A stretch of 64,000 nucleotides of DNA from Bdellovibrionales bacterium (GCA_965203095.1 OZ241877.1:1184001-1248000), one strand, 5' to 3'; numbered from the stretch's first letter, positions 1 to 10,377 are shown. Notes: generated from the sequence alone by a model not told the origin. Numbers and translations: made by a program.

Positions 1-856
1 GATCATTTTCCTCAACTAAAGAGGCGACAGAGATTTTTTTAACTAATTTTTTTTGAAATGCCTGCACAGGGTCTAAACGATACACCGGATTATATAAATT
101 TCTATGGGTTGCAGAATACCGTAAGGTGCAAAGGGGATTCAAGGATTTTATAGCTGAACGAGATTTTTCACTTTCCATATTTTGAGGTTCATCAATAATT
201 ACAATGGGTTTTATGTTTTTTATAAATTCAATAGGTTTTATTCCTCCAGCTTGATCTCTTGCTTCATGAATGATGTTTTTATCTTTGTTAAAAGCATCTA
301 TGTTGATAACCATAATTTGCAAATCATTTCCTCTGGCAAAATTCCTCAATAAACTGATTTTTTTAGATTGATAAATAAAAGGAATAAAAACAGGATTGTT
401 ATATAGCTCTTTAAAATGAGATTGCATTATATCAAAGGATTTTAAAACTCCTTCCCGAATAGCTATAGAGGGAACAACAATGATGAATTTGCTAAATCCA
501 TATTGCCTGTTCAATTCAAATATTGTTCTTAAATAGACATAAGTTTTTCCTGTTCCTGTTTCCATTTCCACAGTAAAGTTTTTTCCTTTACTACCTATAC
601 TTTCTTTGGAGAAAATTTGATTTTTATCTTGCACTTTTTTTAAATTTTTATTTATTTGTTCATCGCTTAAGGTCAGCTTATTTCCATAAAGTGATTCCAT
701 ACCCCCTTTGGATAAGGACAATTCTTGTATGCTGGCAATTTTTCCTCCTGTGACTCCAAAAACATTGGACGAAATAGTTTGTCCTTTAAACAAATCCTTC
801 ACAGCGGAAATAGCGTTTAACTGGTATTTTTGATTGGGCTTAAATTGAAACTTCAT
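1..856 (-). CDS. res: Type III restriction endonuclease Res subunit, 5' part (runs off the window start)
   Basis: Manual minus-strand translation from ATG at 856: MKFQFKPNQKYQLNAI...FTVEMETGTGKTYVYLRTIFELNRQYGFSKFIIVVPSIAIREGV...IIDEPQ (helicase motifs I and II). ATGA overlap with the RhuM stop codon. Not in the ORF track because it is truncated. Confidence 0.92.
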   Translation of the reverse strand, partial: MKFQFKPNQKYQLNAISAVKDLFKGQTISSNVFGVTGGKIASIQELSLSKGGMESLYGNKLTLSDEQINKNLKKVQDKNQIFSKESIGSKGKNFTVEMETGTGKTYVYLRTIFELNRQYGFSKFIIVVPSIAIREGVLKSFDIMQSHFKELYNNPVFIPFIYQSKKISLLRNFARGNDLQIMVINIDAFNKDKNIIHEARDQAGGIKPIEFIKNIKPIVIIDEPQNMESEKSRSAIKSLNPLCTLRYSATHRNLYNPVYRLDPVQAFQKKLVKKISVASLVEEND

Positions 857-1953
857 TTGCTCCTCTTCTTTTTTAAATTCTTCTTGCTTTTTATTGTTGG
901 TTTGACAACTTTTTTAGACATCGTTTTGTTCTTTTGTTTTTGTTCTAAAGTGCGAACAGATTGTCTTAAATCATGTAAATATTTTTTATCCGCTTCTCTT
1001 TCAGCTCGCAATCTTCTTTTTTTTAAGAAAATACTATATTGCTCATAAGCCCAAGCCGTAGCAATTTCATGACTAACTAAACCAGAATGACTTAAGACTA
1101 ATAATTCTGTATCCTTTAGAAATTTATCTAAAAAATTTTCCCAATCGTGGATATAAATATTTTGTTTTCGTTTAGCACGAAACTCAGCTTGATCTAAAAA
1201 CATTACAGTAATACGATTAAGAATATCTATCTCTTTCGCAGTCAAATAATTTTTTGCTATAACTACATCTTTTTTCAGCACATATTTGCCTTTCCATGCC
1301 GTTAATCCCATATTAGCTTTACTTGCTTTTGCTCTTTTATATACAATTTCAGCGGCCGTCAGTCCTGTTGCAGCATAGTGCATTTTATTTTGCATTATAG
1401 CAAAAAAAATCTGTGTCTCCTCTTCTTCTCTCTTATAATCTTCTGCTAAAGAAAAAATCTCCCGAACACGTTGATACACACGAGCTTCACTGGCACGAAT
1501 AGATCGGATCCGTTCCAGCAACTCATCAAAATAATCTATAATCCCAATATTACCTTTTAGCCGTTCATCATCTAAAGTAAAACCTTTAATCAAATACTCT
1601 TTTAAATGAATTGTAGCCCATTGACGAAATTGCATACCACGAGAAGAACGGACACGATAGCCAATAGCTAAAATCATATCCAAGTTATAATGTTTTAACT
1701 TCCTTTGAATACGACGTTTCCCCTCCAAACGAACTTGTAAGTATTTCTTACAAGTTGCCACTTCAGATAATTCTTTTTCTTGATAAATAGTTTGAATATG
1801 CATTGTAATATTTTGTGAAGTTGTCTGAAAAAGTTGAGCAATATGCTCTTGAGTCAGCCACACTGTTTTATCTTGTAGGCGAACATCAATCCGATCTTTT
1901 CCATCTTTGGTGCGATAAATGATAATTTGTGAATCAGGTATCTTTTTTGACAT
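853..1953 (-). CDS. RhuM-family (virulence/DNA-binding) protein
   Basis: TVWLTQEHIAQLF, YNLDMILAIGYRVRS..G.QFRQWAT..LKEYLIKGF.LDDERLK and IRSIRASE motifs typical of the RhuM family. Confidence 0.88.
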   Translation of the reverse strand: MSKKIPDSQIIIYRTKDGKDRIDVRLQDKTVWLTQEHIAQLFQTTSQNITMHIQTIYQEKELSEVATCKKYLQVRLEGKRRIQRKLKHYNLDMILAIGYRVRSSRGMQFRQWATIHLKEYLIKGFTLDDERLKGNIGIIDYFDELLERIRSIRASEARVYQRVREIFSLAEDYKREEEETQIFFAIMQNKMHYAATGLTAAEIVYKRAKASKANMGLTAWKGKYVLKKDVVIAKNYLTAKEIDILNRITVMFLDQAEFRAKRKQNIYIHDWENFLDKFLKDTELLVLSHSGLVSHEIATAWAYEQYSIFLKKRRLRAEREADKKYLHDLRQSVRTLEQKQKNKTMSKKVVKPTIKSKKNLKKKRSK

Positions 1954-1977
1954 TTTTCAACACTCCTCTGTTTCGTG

Positions 1978-4008
1978 TTATATGACTCTAAAATCCCTTA
2001 CTCCAAAAGAGTCAAAAGTATCTTTAGCATTGGTTTTTAGCCAGTCATTACCTTCAAAGCTTTTATCTAAACAAAGCACACGGGCAGGCTCAAGTTTTGC
2101 CATTTCCTGAATAAGCTCTTTTGTGATTCTTTTTTCAAGGCAAACCAAAAGAGCATTATTTTCTATAGAATAAACTGTCTTACCGGACATTTTTAGAATT
2201 TTTATTTTGGTTGTGAGCAAATAGCCTGTTTTAATAAGAATCTCATAAAGCAAATCTTCGGTAGTGGATTTTTTATCAATCAACTCTTCAAGTTGCATTT
2301 TGATTTGCCCGGAACTGTCCTTTGAGATTTGTTCATTCCATATTTTGAAATTGGATTTATCCAATTTAAAAACCTTAAAACCTAAGTCCCAATTGTTTTG
2401 TATTTCTTTTGGAGGATTTTTGTCTTTCTTGTTTATAGCCGGAAAAAGTCCGGCCTGTTGGTTTTCTAAAGAGGAGGAGGCTTTTTGATTTTTGGTTTTA
2501 AGAGAGTTTTTGTTTTCTGTTTCTTTAATTTTCTTAATGGCCCGGCGGATTCGCTCTTTTCCTATATCCGCAATAGTTTTGTATCCTTCTTTATAAGCGG
2601 ATGTATCTTCCTGAGTAGGTTCTGGTAGCTGGACACAAATATATTTCCTGCTCCCTCCGTCTTCTAAATTTTTCTCATAAACCGCGTGAGCCGTTGTCCC
2701 GGAACCAGCAAAAAAATCTAAGATAATATCGTCTTTATCTGTTCTTGAAACTTCTATTAAATACTTAATTAAACAGGTGGGTTTTGAATAGTCAAAAGGT
2801 ATATTTAAAGCATCAAGTTCATGAGATCCTTTCTGATTTATATGATTTTCTATCAAACTGTTTGGCTTAGCTGAAGCATTATTAATTACATCCAACAAGT
2901 AGGTTTTTGTAAATACATTATACTTTGCTGGTTTTTTGTTTTTATCAATTAAGTTTGAAGATCTTGTTTCCTTAATAACAATTTTATCTTGATCCGCTTT
3001 AAACTTTTTTTTCGTCCATCGCCAAATTCCATCACCCAACACTGGTCGTTCCGGTGGAAAAGTGGAACCAGGAGGAATAACCTCGTCACCATTAGGGCAT
3101 TTTATCCAAAATCGCTGTTCAGGATTTCTGTTCTGAATAGTAGACATAAACAAGCGAACAAGCTGATATTTTTCTCCTTTTCGTGCTCCAGTTTGTTCTA
3201 CAAGATTGTATGCTTTAGTATTCACACCACCAAAAAAAGGTTTAGCATTATCTATGTTTTTTGTATAAGTCAAAATATAATCAAAATTAGGAGCCCAAAA
3301 ATCTCCTTTATTATTACTTTTTTTAGTAATTCTTCCTGCACATCCAATAAAATTCTCTTCACCAAAAATTTCATCGCAAATTTTTCTTAAGTTAGCAACT
3401 TCATTGTCGTCAATGCTAATAAAAATCACCCCGTCATCTCTCAAAAGATTTCTTGCAAGAAACAAGCGGGGATACATCATATTGAGCCAGTTAGAATGAA
3501 ACCGCCCATCGGTTTCCTGATTGGTAGAAAATCTTTTCCCCTCAATATCCTTTTGCCCTGTGTATTTTAAATAAGTATCCAAACTTTCACTATATTTGTC
3601 AGGATAGATAAAATCCTTCCCTGTGTTATAGGGCGGGTCAATATAAATCATTTTGATTTTTCCATAATAAGAATGCTGGAGCAGTTTTAAAACTTCCAGA
3701 TTATCCCCCTCTATAAACAAATTTTGTGTCTTTTCCCAATCCAAACTCTCTTTTTTGCAGGGCTTTAAAGTTCCAAGGCTTTGCTCTTGAATTATGCGAA
3801 AGCAATCCGCTTTCCCCGGCCAACTAATATGATACCGCTCTACCTCTTTATCTAATATTTCCCCAAGCGTGGTTTTTAATCTCTCCCAGTCAATGTTTTT
3901 CTCATTAAAGACTTCAGGAAAAAGTTGTCTTAACTTTTTCTTCTGATCCTCTGTAATACTCATAGACCGCAAATCCAACTTCTTTAGCTTTTGTTTGGTG
4001 TTTTTCAT
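1978..4008 (-). CDS. mod: Type III R-M DNA methyltransferase (Mod subunit)
   Basis: NLFIEGDNLEVLKLL, IYIDPPYNTG, ILDFFAGSGTTAHAV motifs; upstream of res. Confidence 0.95.
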   Translation of the reverse strand: MKNTKQKLKKLDLRSMSITEDQKKKLRQLFPEVFNEKNIDWERLKTTLGEILDKEVERYHISWPGKADCFRIIQEQSLGTLKPCKKESLDWEKTQNLFIEGDNLEVLKLLQHSYYGKIKMIYIDPPYNTGKDFIYPDKYSESLDTYLKYTGQKDIEGKRFSTNQETDGRFHSNWLNMMYPRLFLARNLLRDDGVIFISIDDNEVANLRKICDEIFGEENFIGCAGRITKKSNNKGDFWAPNFDYILTYTKNIDNAKPFFGGVNTKAYNLVEQTGARKGEKYQLVRLFMSTIQNRNPEQRFWIKCPNGDEVIPPGSTFPPERPVLGDGIWRWTKKKFKADQDKIVIKETRSSNLIDKNKKPAKYNVFTKTYLLDVINNASAKPNSLIENHINQKGSHELDALNIPFDYSKPTCLIKYLIEVSRTDKDDIILDFFAGSGTTAHAVYEKNLEDGGSRKYICVQLPEPTQEDTSAYKEGYKTIADIGKERIRRAIKKIKETENKNSLKTKNQKASSSLENQQAGLFPAINKKDKNPPKEIQNNWDLGFKVFKLDKSNFKIWNEQISKDSSGQIKMQLEELIDKKSTTEDLLYEILIKTGYLLTTKIKILKMSGKTVYSIENNALLVCLEKRITKELIQEMAKLEPARVLCLDKSFEGNDWLKTNAKDTFDSFGVRDFRVI

Positions 4009-4093
4009 TCTAACCTCTTAAACATTGTCTTTTATCTTTCCGCACTCCTGATACTGTTGAATATAATAAAAGATATATGGCTTTGGCAACTGT

Positions 4094-4990
4094 TTATTCA
4101 TCCCATTCCCCAATACGGTGAACTTCAGTTTCTAACATTACAGAGAATTTATCGTAAACCCTGTTTTGAACTTCTTTAATAAGGCTTTGAATATCTTTTG
4201 CAGTAGCAGATCCAAGGTTGATTATGAAATTGCCATGCTTTTCAGAAACTTGAGCCTGTCCTTTTTTTAAGCCCTTAAGGCCGGCTTTTTCAATCAACTC
4301 CCCCGCAAACAGATAAGGTTTTTTATAGGGGTTTTTAAAAACAGAACCGCAAGTAGATTTATCTAAAGGTTGTGTGGCTCGCCTTCGCATTAGCTCCGCT
4401 TTGATTTGCTCCCCAAGGTTTTTTATCTCCTCTAAGGGCCATTCCAAACAGGCTGTATAGATCACTCCTTTTTGCCAGCCAGAGCTTTTGCGATAAGACC
4501 ATTGAATGTCTTTTTTCCTATATGTTTTTGATCCCTCAAAGTTTTGCACTTTAAAACTACTAATAATTTCTGAAAACTCAAAAGGTTTAACAGGGCGACT
4601 CACCCCGGCGTTCATAACAATTCCTCCTCCTACATCCCCTGGAAGTCCAGATAAAAAAAGAGCTGGGGCCAGTTTATGGGTTTTAAAAATCTTCATTACC
4701 TGAGATTTTAAAGTGCCAGCACCACAATAAATAAGGAGTTTGCCCTGGCTTTTTTCAAAAGAGCAATGATTGAGCCAAGCAGTGGAAATAACCAAACCCC
4801 TCACCCCCTGATCGCTAATTAAAACATTAGTCCCCCCACCAAGGACAGTCCAGTTTTGATGGTTTTCCTTAGCCCAAGCCAAAGCCTCTTTTAACTGCTG
4901 TAAATTTTCTGGCTGACAAAAGTGCTCTGCCGGCCCTCCCACCTTCCAAAAGCTAAAGTTTTTTAAAGACTCATTTTGTTTGATTTGCAT
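4094..4990 (-). CDS. murB: UDP-N-acetylenolpyruvoylglucosamine reductase
   Basis: KVGGPA, LGGGTNVL, PGDVGGGIVMNAG, TCGSVFKNP, SEKHGNFIIN motifs. Confidence 0.95.
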   Translation of the reverse strand: MQIKQNESLKNFSFWKVGGPAEHFCQPENLQQLKEALAWAKENHQNWTVLGGGTNVLISDQGVRGLVISTAWLNHCSFEKSQGKLLIYCGAGTLKSQVMKIFKTHKLAPALFLSGLPGDVGGGIVMNAGVSRPVKPFEFSEIISSFKVQNFEGSKTYRKKDIQWSYRKSSGWQKGVIYTACLEWPLEEIKNLGEQIKAELMRRRATQPLDKSTCGSVFKNPYKKPYLFAGELIEKAGLKGLKKGQAQVSEKHGNFIINLGSATAKDIQSLIKEVQNRVYDKFSVMLETEVHRIGEWDE

Positions 4991-5211
4991 AAGCTATTCC
5001 CTAACTGGATTTATGACATTTTATTCACAATATTTTAAAAGTTTTTTTCTAAGTTTTTTTAATAATAGCAAATATATCTTAAAGTGTCATGAATCTTAGC
5101 TAAAACTTTTAAAATACCTGTTGCCAACACAAATAGGGTAGATTATATAGTGGGCGGGCCTTATGGAGGCAAACAAATGATAACCTGCTCCTAATCACCT
5201 ATAAAAACACT

Positions 5212-6276
5212 ATGTTAGTTAATTATTACCCTCTTAAAATAACAAAAAAGATTTTTGAAACAAAAAGGGCTTGCTCCCTTTATTTGTCGGTTAAGGAAGA
5301 GCATAAAAATCTCTTTGTTTATCAAGCAGGTCAGTTTCTGACTTTTCGCTTTCTCATTGAGGGGAAGGAGTATGTGAGAAGCTACTCTATTGCCTCCTCT
5401 CCCTTTTTAAATGAGCCTCTAAGAGTCACTGTGGGGCAAGTGGAAGGAGGGCTGGTATCTAACTATATATTTTCTCAAGTTAAAGAGGGAGATGAGATTG
5501 AGTCTCAAGTGCCTTTAGGAGAGTTTTTTTGCCTACCCAAAAGCCTCCAACCTCAAAATTATATGCTTTTTTCTGCTGGTATAGGAATTACCCCTTTATT
5601 TTCCATTTTAAAAACAATTTTAGAAGTCCATATCGCGAAAAATGTCATTTTGGTTTTTTCTATTCGCAACATGACTGAGTTCATTTATCAAAAAGAACTG
5701 GAAGAGCTAAAAACTCTTTTTAAAAACCTCTTGCAAATTCGTCTCATTATATCGGAACAGGAGGGGCGATTAAACCCTGAAAAGATCTCTCAAATTATAA
5801 AACCATGTGATCCCCAAAACAGCTCATTTTACCTGTGCGGGCCAAAAAGTTATATGGAAATGATCTCCAACCAATTGCTTGAAAGTGGCATCCCTCCGGG
5901 CCAGATCCGGACAGAAGATTTTAAAATTGTCCCCATTCGGGGGCCAAAACCGGATAAAAATTCTGTGTTTTTTACAGCAAAGGCTTTTGAAGAGGGGGAA
6001 CCTGCCGAACTGAAAACTATTTTAGACGGAGAAGCTTTAAAGATCCCCCTCCATCGTGAGAAATCTCTGTTAGAGCAGTTGATTGATCAGGGGCATAGCC
6101 CTCCTTTTTCATGCACTTCTGGTTCTTGTATGACCTGTATGGCTAAACTTAAAGAGGGGAAGGTTTTCCAATTAGAAGAGGGTATTTTAGACGAAGACAA
6201 CATAAATAATTTAGAAATCTTAACTTGCCAAAGCTACCCTCTATCTAAAATTGTATCTATCGATTATGACTTATAA
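5212..6276 (+). CDS. FAD/NAD-binding oxidoreductase with C-terminal 2Fe-2S ferredoxin (PaaE-like)
   Basis: RSYSIAS FAD motif, AGIGITP, YLCGP, C-terminal SCTSGSCMTC...LTCQ. Confidence 0.88.
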   Translation: MLVNYYPLKITKKIFETKRACSLYLSVKEEHKNLFVYQAGQFLTFRFLIEGKEYVRSYSIASSPFLNEPLRVTVGQVEGGLVSNYIFSQVKEGDEIESQVPLGEFFCLPKSLQPQNYMLFSAGIGITPLFSILKTILEVHIAKNVILVFSIRNMTEFIYQKELEELKTLFKNLLQIRLIISEQEGRLNPEKISQIIKPCDPQNSSFYLCGPKSYMEMISNQLLESGIPPGQIRTEDFKIVPIRGPKPDKNSVFFTAKAFEEGEPAELKTILDGEALKIPLHREKSLLEQLIDQGHSPPFSCTSGSCMTCMAKLKEGKVFQLEEGILDEDNINNLEILTCQSYPLSKIVSIDYDL

Positions 6277-6290
6277 CTCCTGTCCTCTTG

Positions 6291-6380
6291 CTTTCGCGAG
6301 GGCAAGCTTACAGAGAACACGGCCTTTGAACAAAGAAATTAAAGAATAATGCTTTTTAACAAGCTTTTTCACGAGGAACT
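6291..6380. repeat. REP-like palindrome plus dispersed repeat motif
   Basis: Hairpin CTTGC-TTTCGCGAGG-GCAAG near 6286-6305; reverse complement of 6361-6380 (AGTTCCTCGTGAAAAAGCTT) matches 38623-38642 at 18/20. Confidence 0.5.
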
Positions 6381-6461
6381 TTTTACTTGCTTTTTCCAAA
6401 GAAAGCTTATATATAAAGAGTTAGGCAAGAAAATCAACTTATCCAAAAAGTATATAAAAAA

Positions 6462-7478
6462 ATGAGACCTCAAAAAATTTTTATTACTGGTGTGGCTGGC
6501 TTTTTAGGGAGCCATTTAGCCGAGTGGGCTTTGTCTCAAAATCATGAAGTCCTAGGTTGCGATAATCTCTCATTAGGCAAGAGAAACAACATTCCTAAAG
6601 GGGTTGAGTTTTATGAATATGATGTTTTGGATTTAGAAAAAAACAAAAAAACTATGGCGGGTGTGGATGTGGTTTTTCATGCTTCAGCTTACCCTTATGA
6701 TAATTTCAGCCTTTTTTCCCCCTTTAAAGTCACACAAAACACAGTATCCACAACAGCCAGTGTTTTAAGTTCAGCTATTTTTAACAACATACCGCGGTTT
6801 ATTTATTGCTCTTCAATGTCTCGCTATGGGAATAACAAAAGCCCTTTTGAGGAAAACATGCCCCCTCGCCCCCTCACTCCTTATGGTATAGCTAAAGCTT
6901 ATGGGGAAAACCTTGTAAAAAGTTTATCTCAAGTGCATGGTTTTGAGTATGTGATCTTAATCCCTCACAATATTTTTGGTCCCCGGCAAATATTCAATGA
7001 TCCTCATAGAAACGCTGTTTCCCTCATCATCAATCAAATGCTCCAAGACGGCCCTCCGATCATTTATGGGGATGGGGAACAAAAAAGAGGCTTTAGCCCC
7101 ATTCAAGATCTCAAGCCTCTTTTTGAGGGGATTTTATTTTCAGAAAAAGTCCGAAATCAAACACTCAATATTGGTCCTGATGAGGAGTCCATTACTCTCA
7201 ATGAGCTGATAAATATTTTAAATAAATACATGGGTAAAAAGCTTAAAGCGGTCTATAAGCCTTTTCGCCCTCAAGAGATAAAAACAGCCCTTTGTAGCAG
7301 TGAAAAGGCGAGACAACTGTTAAATTATAAAAAAGCCATAGCCCTAAGGCCCGCACTGATAGAGTTGGTGGAATGGATTAAAGAGCAAGGGCCTGTAAAG
7401 TTTTCCCATAATCAAAAAGCAGAATTGAGTTGGCCCCCTTATCAGCCACAAAAAAATGACCGGCAAAGTCAATTTTAA
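6462..7478 (+). CDS. NAD-dependent epimerase/dehydratase (extended SDR)
   Basis: ITGVAGFLGSHL, YGIAK catalytic motif, NIFGPRQ, IYGDGEQKR. Confidence 0.9.
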   Translation: MRPQKIFITGVAGFLGSHLAEWALSQNHEVLGCDNLSLGKRNNIPKGVEFYEYDVLDLEKNKKTMAGVDVVFHASAYPYDNFSLFSPFKVTQNTVSTTASVLSSAIFNNIPRFIYCSSMSRYGNNKSPFEENMPPRPLTPYGIAKAYGENLVKSLSQVHGFEYVILIPHNIFGPRQIFNDPHRNAVSLIINQMLQDGPPIIYGDGEQKRGFSPIQDLKPLFEGILFSEKVRNQTLNIGPDEESITLNELINILNKYMGKKLKAVYKPFRPQEIKTALCSSEKARQLLNYKKAIALRPALIELVEWIKEQGPVKFSHNQKAELSWPPYQPQKNDRQSQF

Positions 7479-8409
7479 AGAGGCCCTATCACTTCTCATA
7501 GAGGGGCATGTTCTGGCCTTGCCTACAGAAACAGTTTACGGGTTGGCCGGGCGAATTGATAACAAAAAAACTATTGAAAAAATATTCTCACTCAAAAAAC
7601 GACCTTTTTTTGACCCGCTAATTGTCCATTGTTTTGATAAAAAACAGGCTTTATCTTATTTGTCTCAGGAAAAAGATTTTGTTGAAGGGCTTTTTGATTT
7701 CTTCTCCCCCGGCCCTTTGACCGTGGTGGCTCAAAAAAACAAGAAAATCTCTCCTCTCATCACAGCGGGACAAGCCACAGTGGCCCTTCGTATCCCGCAA
7801 CATCCTTTGATGAGAAAGATTTTAAGGCAAATCAAAATTCCTCTGGCTGTCCCCAGTGCCAATGTGTATGGCAAGGTCAGCCCTGTTCGAGCAGATCATG
7901 TGCTGGCGGGGTTTAAACAAAAAGTTCCTGTTTTAGATGGCGGACCATGCAAAAAAGGGATAGAATCTACTATTGTTTGCCCCGATAGCCAAAAAAAGAA
8001 ATTATTTATTTTAAGGCCGGGGATAATTACTAAAAGACAATTAGGGTTTTTTCTCAAAAAAAATCAAATAGATTTTGAGCTTGAGGACAAAAAAGATCCT
8101 TACCAACCGGGAGGGCAAAAATCTCATTACAAACCTCCCTCTCCACTTTATATTATAGAAACTCAGAAAACAGAAAGAGAAATAAGAGCTTTTTTATTAA
8201 AAAAATTCCCCAACAAAACACTAAAAAAACTAAAGTTGGAATCAGATCCTAAAAAGTCAGCCCGTTTCCTTTACTCCCGTTTAAGGCCAGCGTCTAAAAC
8301 AAGAAAAAGTGTCTTGTTTGTCCAAAAAACCAAGAAACAAAGTGGAGGGCTTTGGCCAGCGATCTGGGATCGTTTAAACAAAGCCTCTTCTAAAAAATAC
8401 AGGCTTTAG
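7456..8409 (+). CDS. tsaC: L-threonylcarbamoyladenylate synthase (Sua5/TsaC)
   Basis: PTETVYGL, KKRP.FDPLIVH, PGPLT, PSAN, GIESTIV, RPG motifs. Confidence 0.92.
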   Translation: MTGKVNFKEALSLLIEGHVLALPTETVYGLAGRIDNKKTIEKIFSLKKRPFFDPLIVHCFDKKQALSYLSQEKDFVEGLFDFFSPGPLTVVAQKNKKISPLITAGQATVALRIPQHPLMRKILRQIKIPLAVPSANVYGKVSPVRADHVLAGFKQKVPVLDGGPCKKGIESTIVCPDSQKKKLFILRPGIITKRQLGFFLKKNQIDFELEDKKDPYQPGGQKSHYKPPSPLYIIETQKTEREIRAFLLKKFPNKTLKKLKLESDPKKSARFLYSRLRPASKTRKSVLFVQKTKKQSGGLWPAIWDRLNKASSKKYRL

Positions 8410-8421
8410 AGGAGAGACAGG

Positions 8422-8958
8422 TCACAAAACCATCTCCTGCCCACAATTTTTATAAGCAGGGTTAATGGGATTGTTTGCCAAACCGCTTTCTTGAAACCAA
8501 AGGCTTTTGTCCTTCGCACAGTAAAACATTTTATCTTTCATATCCCTTGTCAGGCCATAGACCTGAGCCAGCTCAAAAAAAGAGTTAAAAAGCTTTTTCA
8601 CATTTCTTTTTTTCTGTTTTTCATCTAAGGAGGAGTTGAAATAGATGACAGCCAACTGCTCCTCAATGGATCTAAAAAGCCTGTGAGAGTGGATCCTATG
8701 GTGAAATTGCGGGACCAATGAAATTTGCCGATTCAGCCGGGAGATGATTTCTTGAGTTTCCGCTATTTCTGTTTGAATGGCCTGGCTGTCCCCATTGAGT
8801 AGAGTTTTATGAAAATCCGCCGCTTGCTCTAAAAGCTTGAGATAGTTCATCCTCATAAGAGGTTCCAGCTCAAAAGCAGATTGGGCCGTTCCAGAAAAAA
8901 CAAAAAGGGAACAAGCTGTTAAAAAGCGAAAAAATCGAAAAGAAAAAACCTTGTTCAT
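8422..8958 (-). CDS. Secreted protein, DUF3347-like (possible metal-binding)
   Basis: Signal peptide; C-terminal FYC...W.Q...NP...Y..CG pattern. Confidence 0.55.
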   Translation of the reverse strand: MNKVFSFRFFRFLTACSLFVFSGTAQSAFELEPLMRMNYLKLLEQAADFHKTLLNGDSQAIQTEIAETQEIISRLNRQISLVPQFHHRIHSHRLFRSIEEQLAVIYFNSSLDEKQKKRNVKKLFNSFFELAQVYGLTRDMKDKMFYCAKDKSLWFQESGLANNPINPAYKNCGQEMVL

Positions 8959-9070
8959 GCCCCTTATATCAATGAGTTTTTTTGAGAAGTCAATACTCTA
9001 ATTAAAAAATATAGCTGTCCGACATGGCCCCCCGCACAAGGGCCAGGCGAAAGTCGGGAGGAAATATCCC

Positions 9071-9140
9071 CATTTCGCGGGAAAATGCTTTGGCCCCTCA
9101 CCGCTGGCTTTTGCTTATGCGATAAAGAACAGAGGCTTTT
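9071..9140 (+). repeat. Dispersed intergenic repeat, copy A (related to 38872-38941)
   Basis: Shares CATTTCG..TTGG.CCCTCACC..TTTTGCTT.TGCGATAAAGAACAGAG with copy B. Confidence 0.75.
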
Positions 9141-9176
9141 CACGGAAGATGAATGAGTATGACTTCATAAGAAACC

Positions 9177-10376
9177 TTAAAATTTATAAAAACCCGTCAG
9201 TTGAACATTACTGTAAAAATTATCTTTGGCAAAAAACTCTTGAATTTTAAGGCGAGGGGTAAAAAATCCGGCCAATAAGCTCAGTTCAAAGTTCTTTTGA
9301 ATCTGGGTTTTGAGTTGAATATCCACCTCCTTACCTAAATTATTAGGCCCCAATATAGAGTCAGAAAGCCCCTTCCCCTGAATCAAAGAACCAAAATAGC
9401 CCCAAACAGGAACTATTTGTTTTTCTGTCTGGCTCAAATCATAAAACGAAACCTGAAAGTCAAATAATTTTTTAGCTGAACCACTCAAACCCAGGAAATA
9501 ATAAGTCAAATTACCCCATAAGAAAATGTCCATAAGGCCGGCATTTTCATGGCGATTGTAAAGCCAGGGGTTATATCCTTGGCTGTCTTTATGATAGCCA
9601 GCAAAAAATCTGCTGTTCAAAAAATCAGGATAAGAATAGCTCAAAAGGAAGTGCAACATGTTCTCTTCCCATTTGAACCGAAGGCCCTGCCCATGCCCTA
9701 TAGCTACAAAAGTGTAATCCAGATCCATTACTATCGTCCCCTCAATGCCTAAGCCATAACGGGACATTTTGCTCGCTCTTTCCTTTAAAAAGGAATCTCC
9801 TAAATAGGCGGCATGAACACTAATATAATCAATGTAATCCATTTCAGACTTTACATCCACAAAAAAGCCAAAACCATATTTCAGCTCCGGAATCCTTTTC
9901 CCAGCAATCCATCTGTCGGGGAGATGAGCAGACCACAAATTGACATTGAGAAGGCGTGCACTATATTCTAAAAACACCCCGTCAAAAGTATAAAAAAAAG
10001 GCTCGTAATCATTTAAAGAAACTATTTGTGGGAAGGGGCTTTCATAAAGGTTTCGTCCTATGTTGAGCTGAAGATCCTCATTGATAAGCCAGCTGATGGA
10101 GGGGTAGATTTTGAGGGATTTTTTAAAAGACAAAGAGCCTTCATAAGAGTTTCCAGCTAAAAAATGAGCCTGACTTTTAAAACGGTTGCTAAAACGAAAT
10201 TCTCCGCTCAAATGAAGACGACCCTGTAATAGAAAAGCAGTGGACAAGTTATCAGGCCCTAACCAGCCCAAACGGGCACGAACAGAACCTTGCCCATCTC
10301 CCTTAGCTATTACAATTTGTGGCAAAAAAAGCCAAAGCATGAGGAAAAGGCGGGTTTTCCATTGAAAATTAAGCAT
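9177..10376 (-). CDS. Outer-membrane beta-barrel protein (alginate-export-like)
   Basis: Signal peptide, amphipathic strands, LGKEVDI motif, terminal YKF. Confidence 0.6.
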   Translation of the reverse strand: MLNFQWKTRLFLMLWLFLPQIVIAKGDGQGSVRARLGWLGPDNLSTAFLLQGRLHLSGEFRFSNRFKSQAHFLAGNSYEGSLSFKKSLKIYPSISWLINEDLQLNIGRNLYESPFPQIVSLNDYEPFFYTFDGVFLEYSARLLNVNLWSAHLPDRWIAGKRIPELKYGFGFFVDVKSEMDYIDYISVHAAYLGDSFLKERASKMSRYGLGIEGTIVMDLDYTFVAIGHGQGLRFKWEENMLHFLLSYSYPDFLNSRFFAGYHKDSQGYNPWLYNRHENAGLMDIFLWGNLTYYFLGLSGSAKKLFDFQVSFYDLSQTEKQIVPVWGYFGSLIQGKGLSDSILGPNNLGKEVDIQLKTQIQKNFELSLLAGFFTPRLKIQEFFAKDNFYSNVQLTGFYKF

Positions 10377-10377
10377 A

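Noticed and set aside
1978..4008. Phase-variable mod (phasevarion)
   Set aside because: No simple-sequence repeat tract seen in the mod coding region beyond ordinary short A runs.
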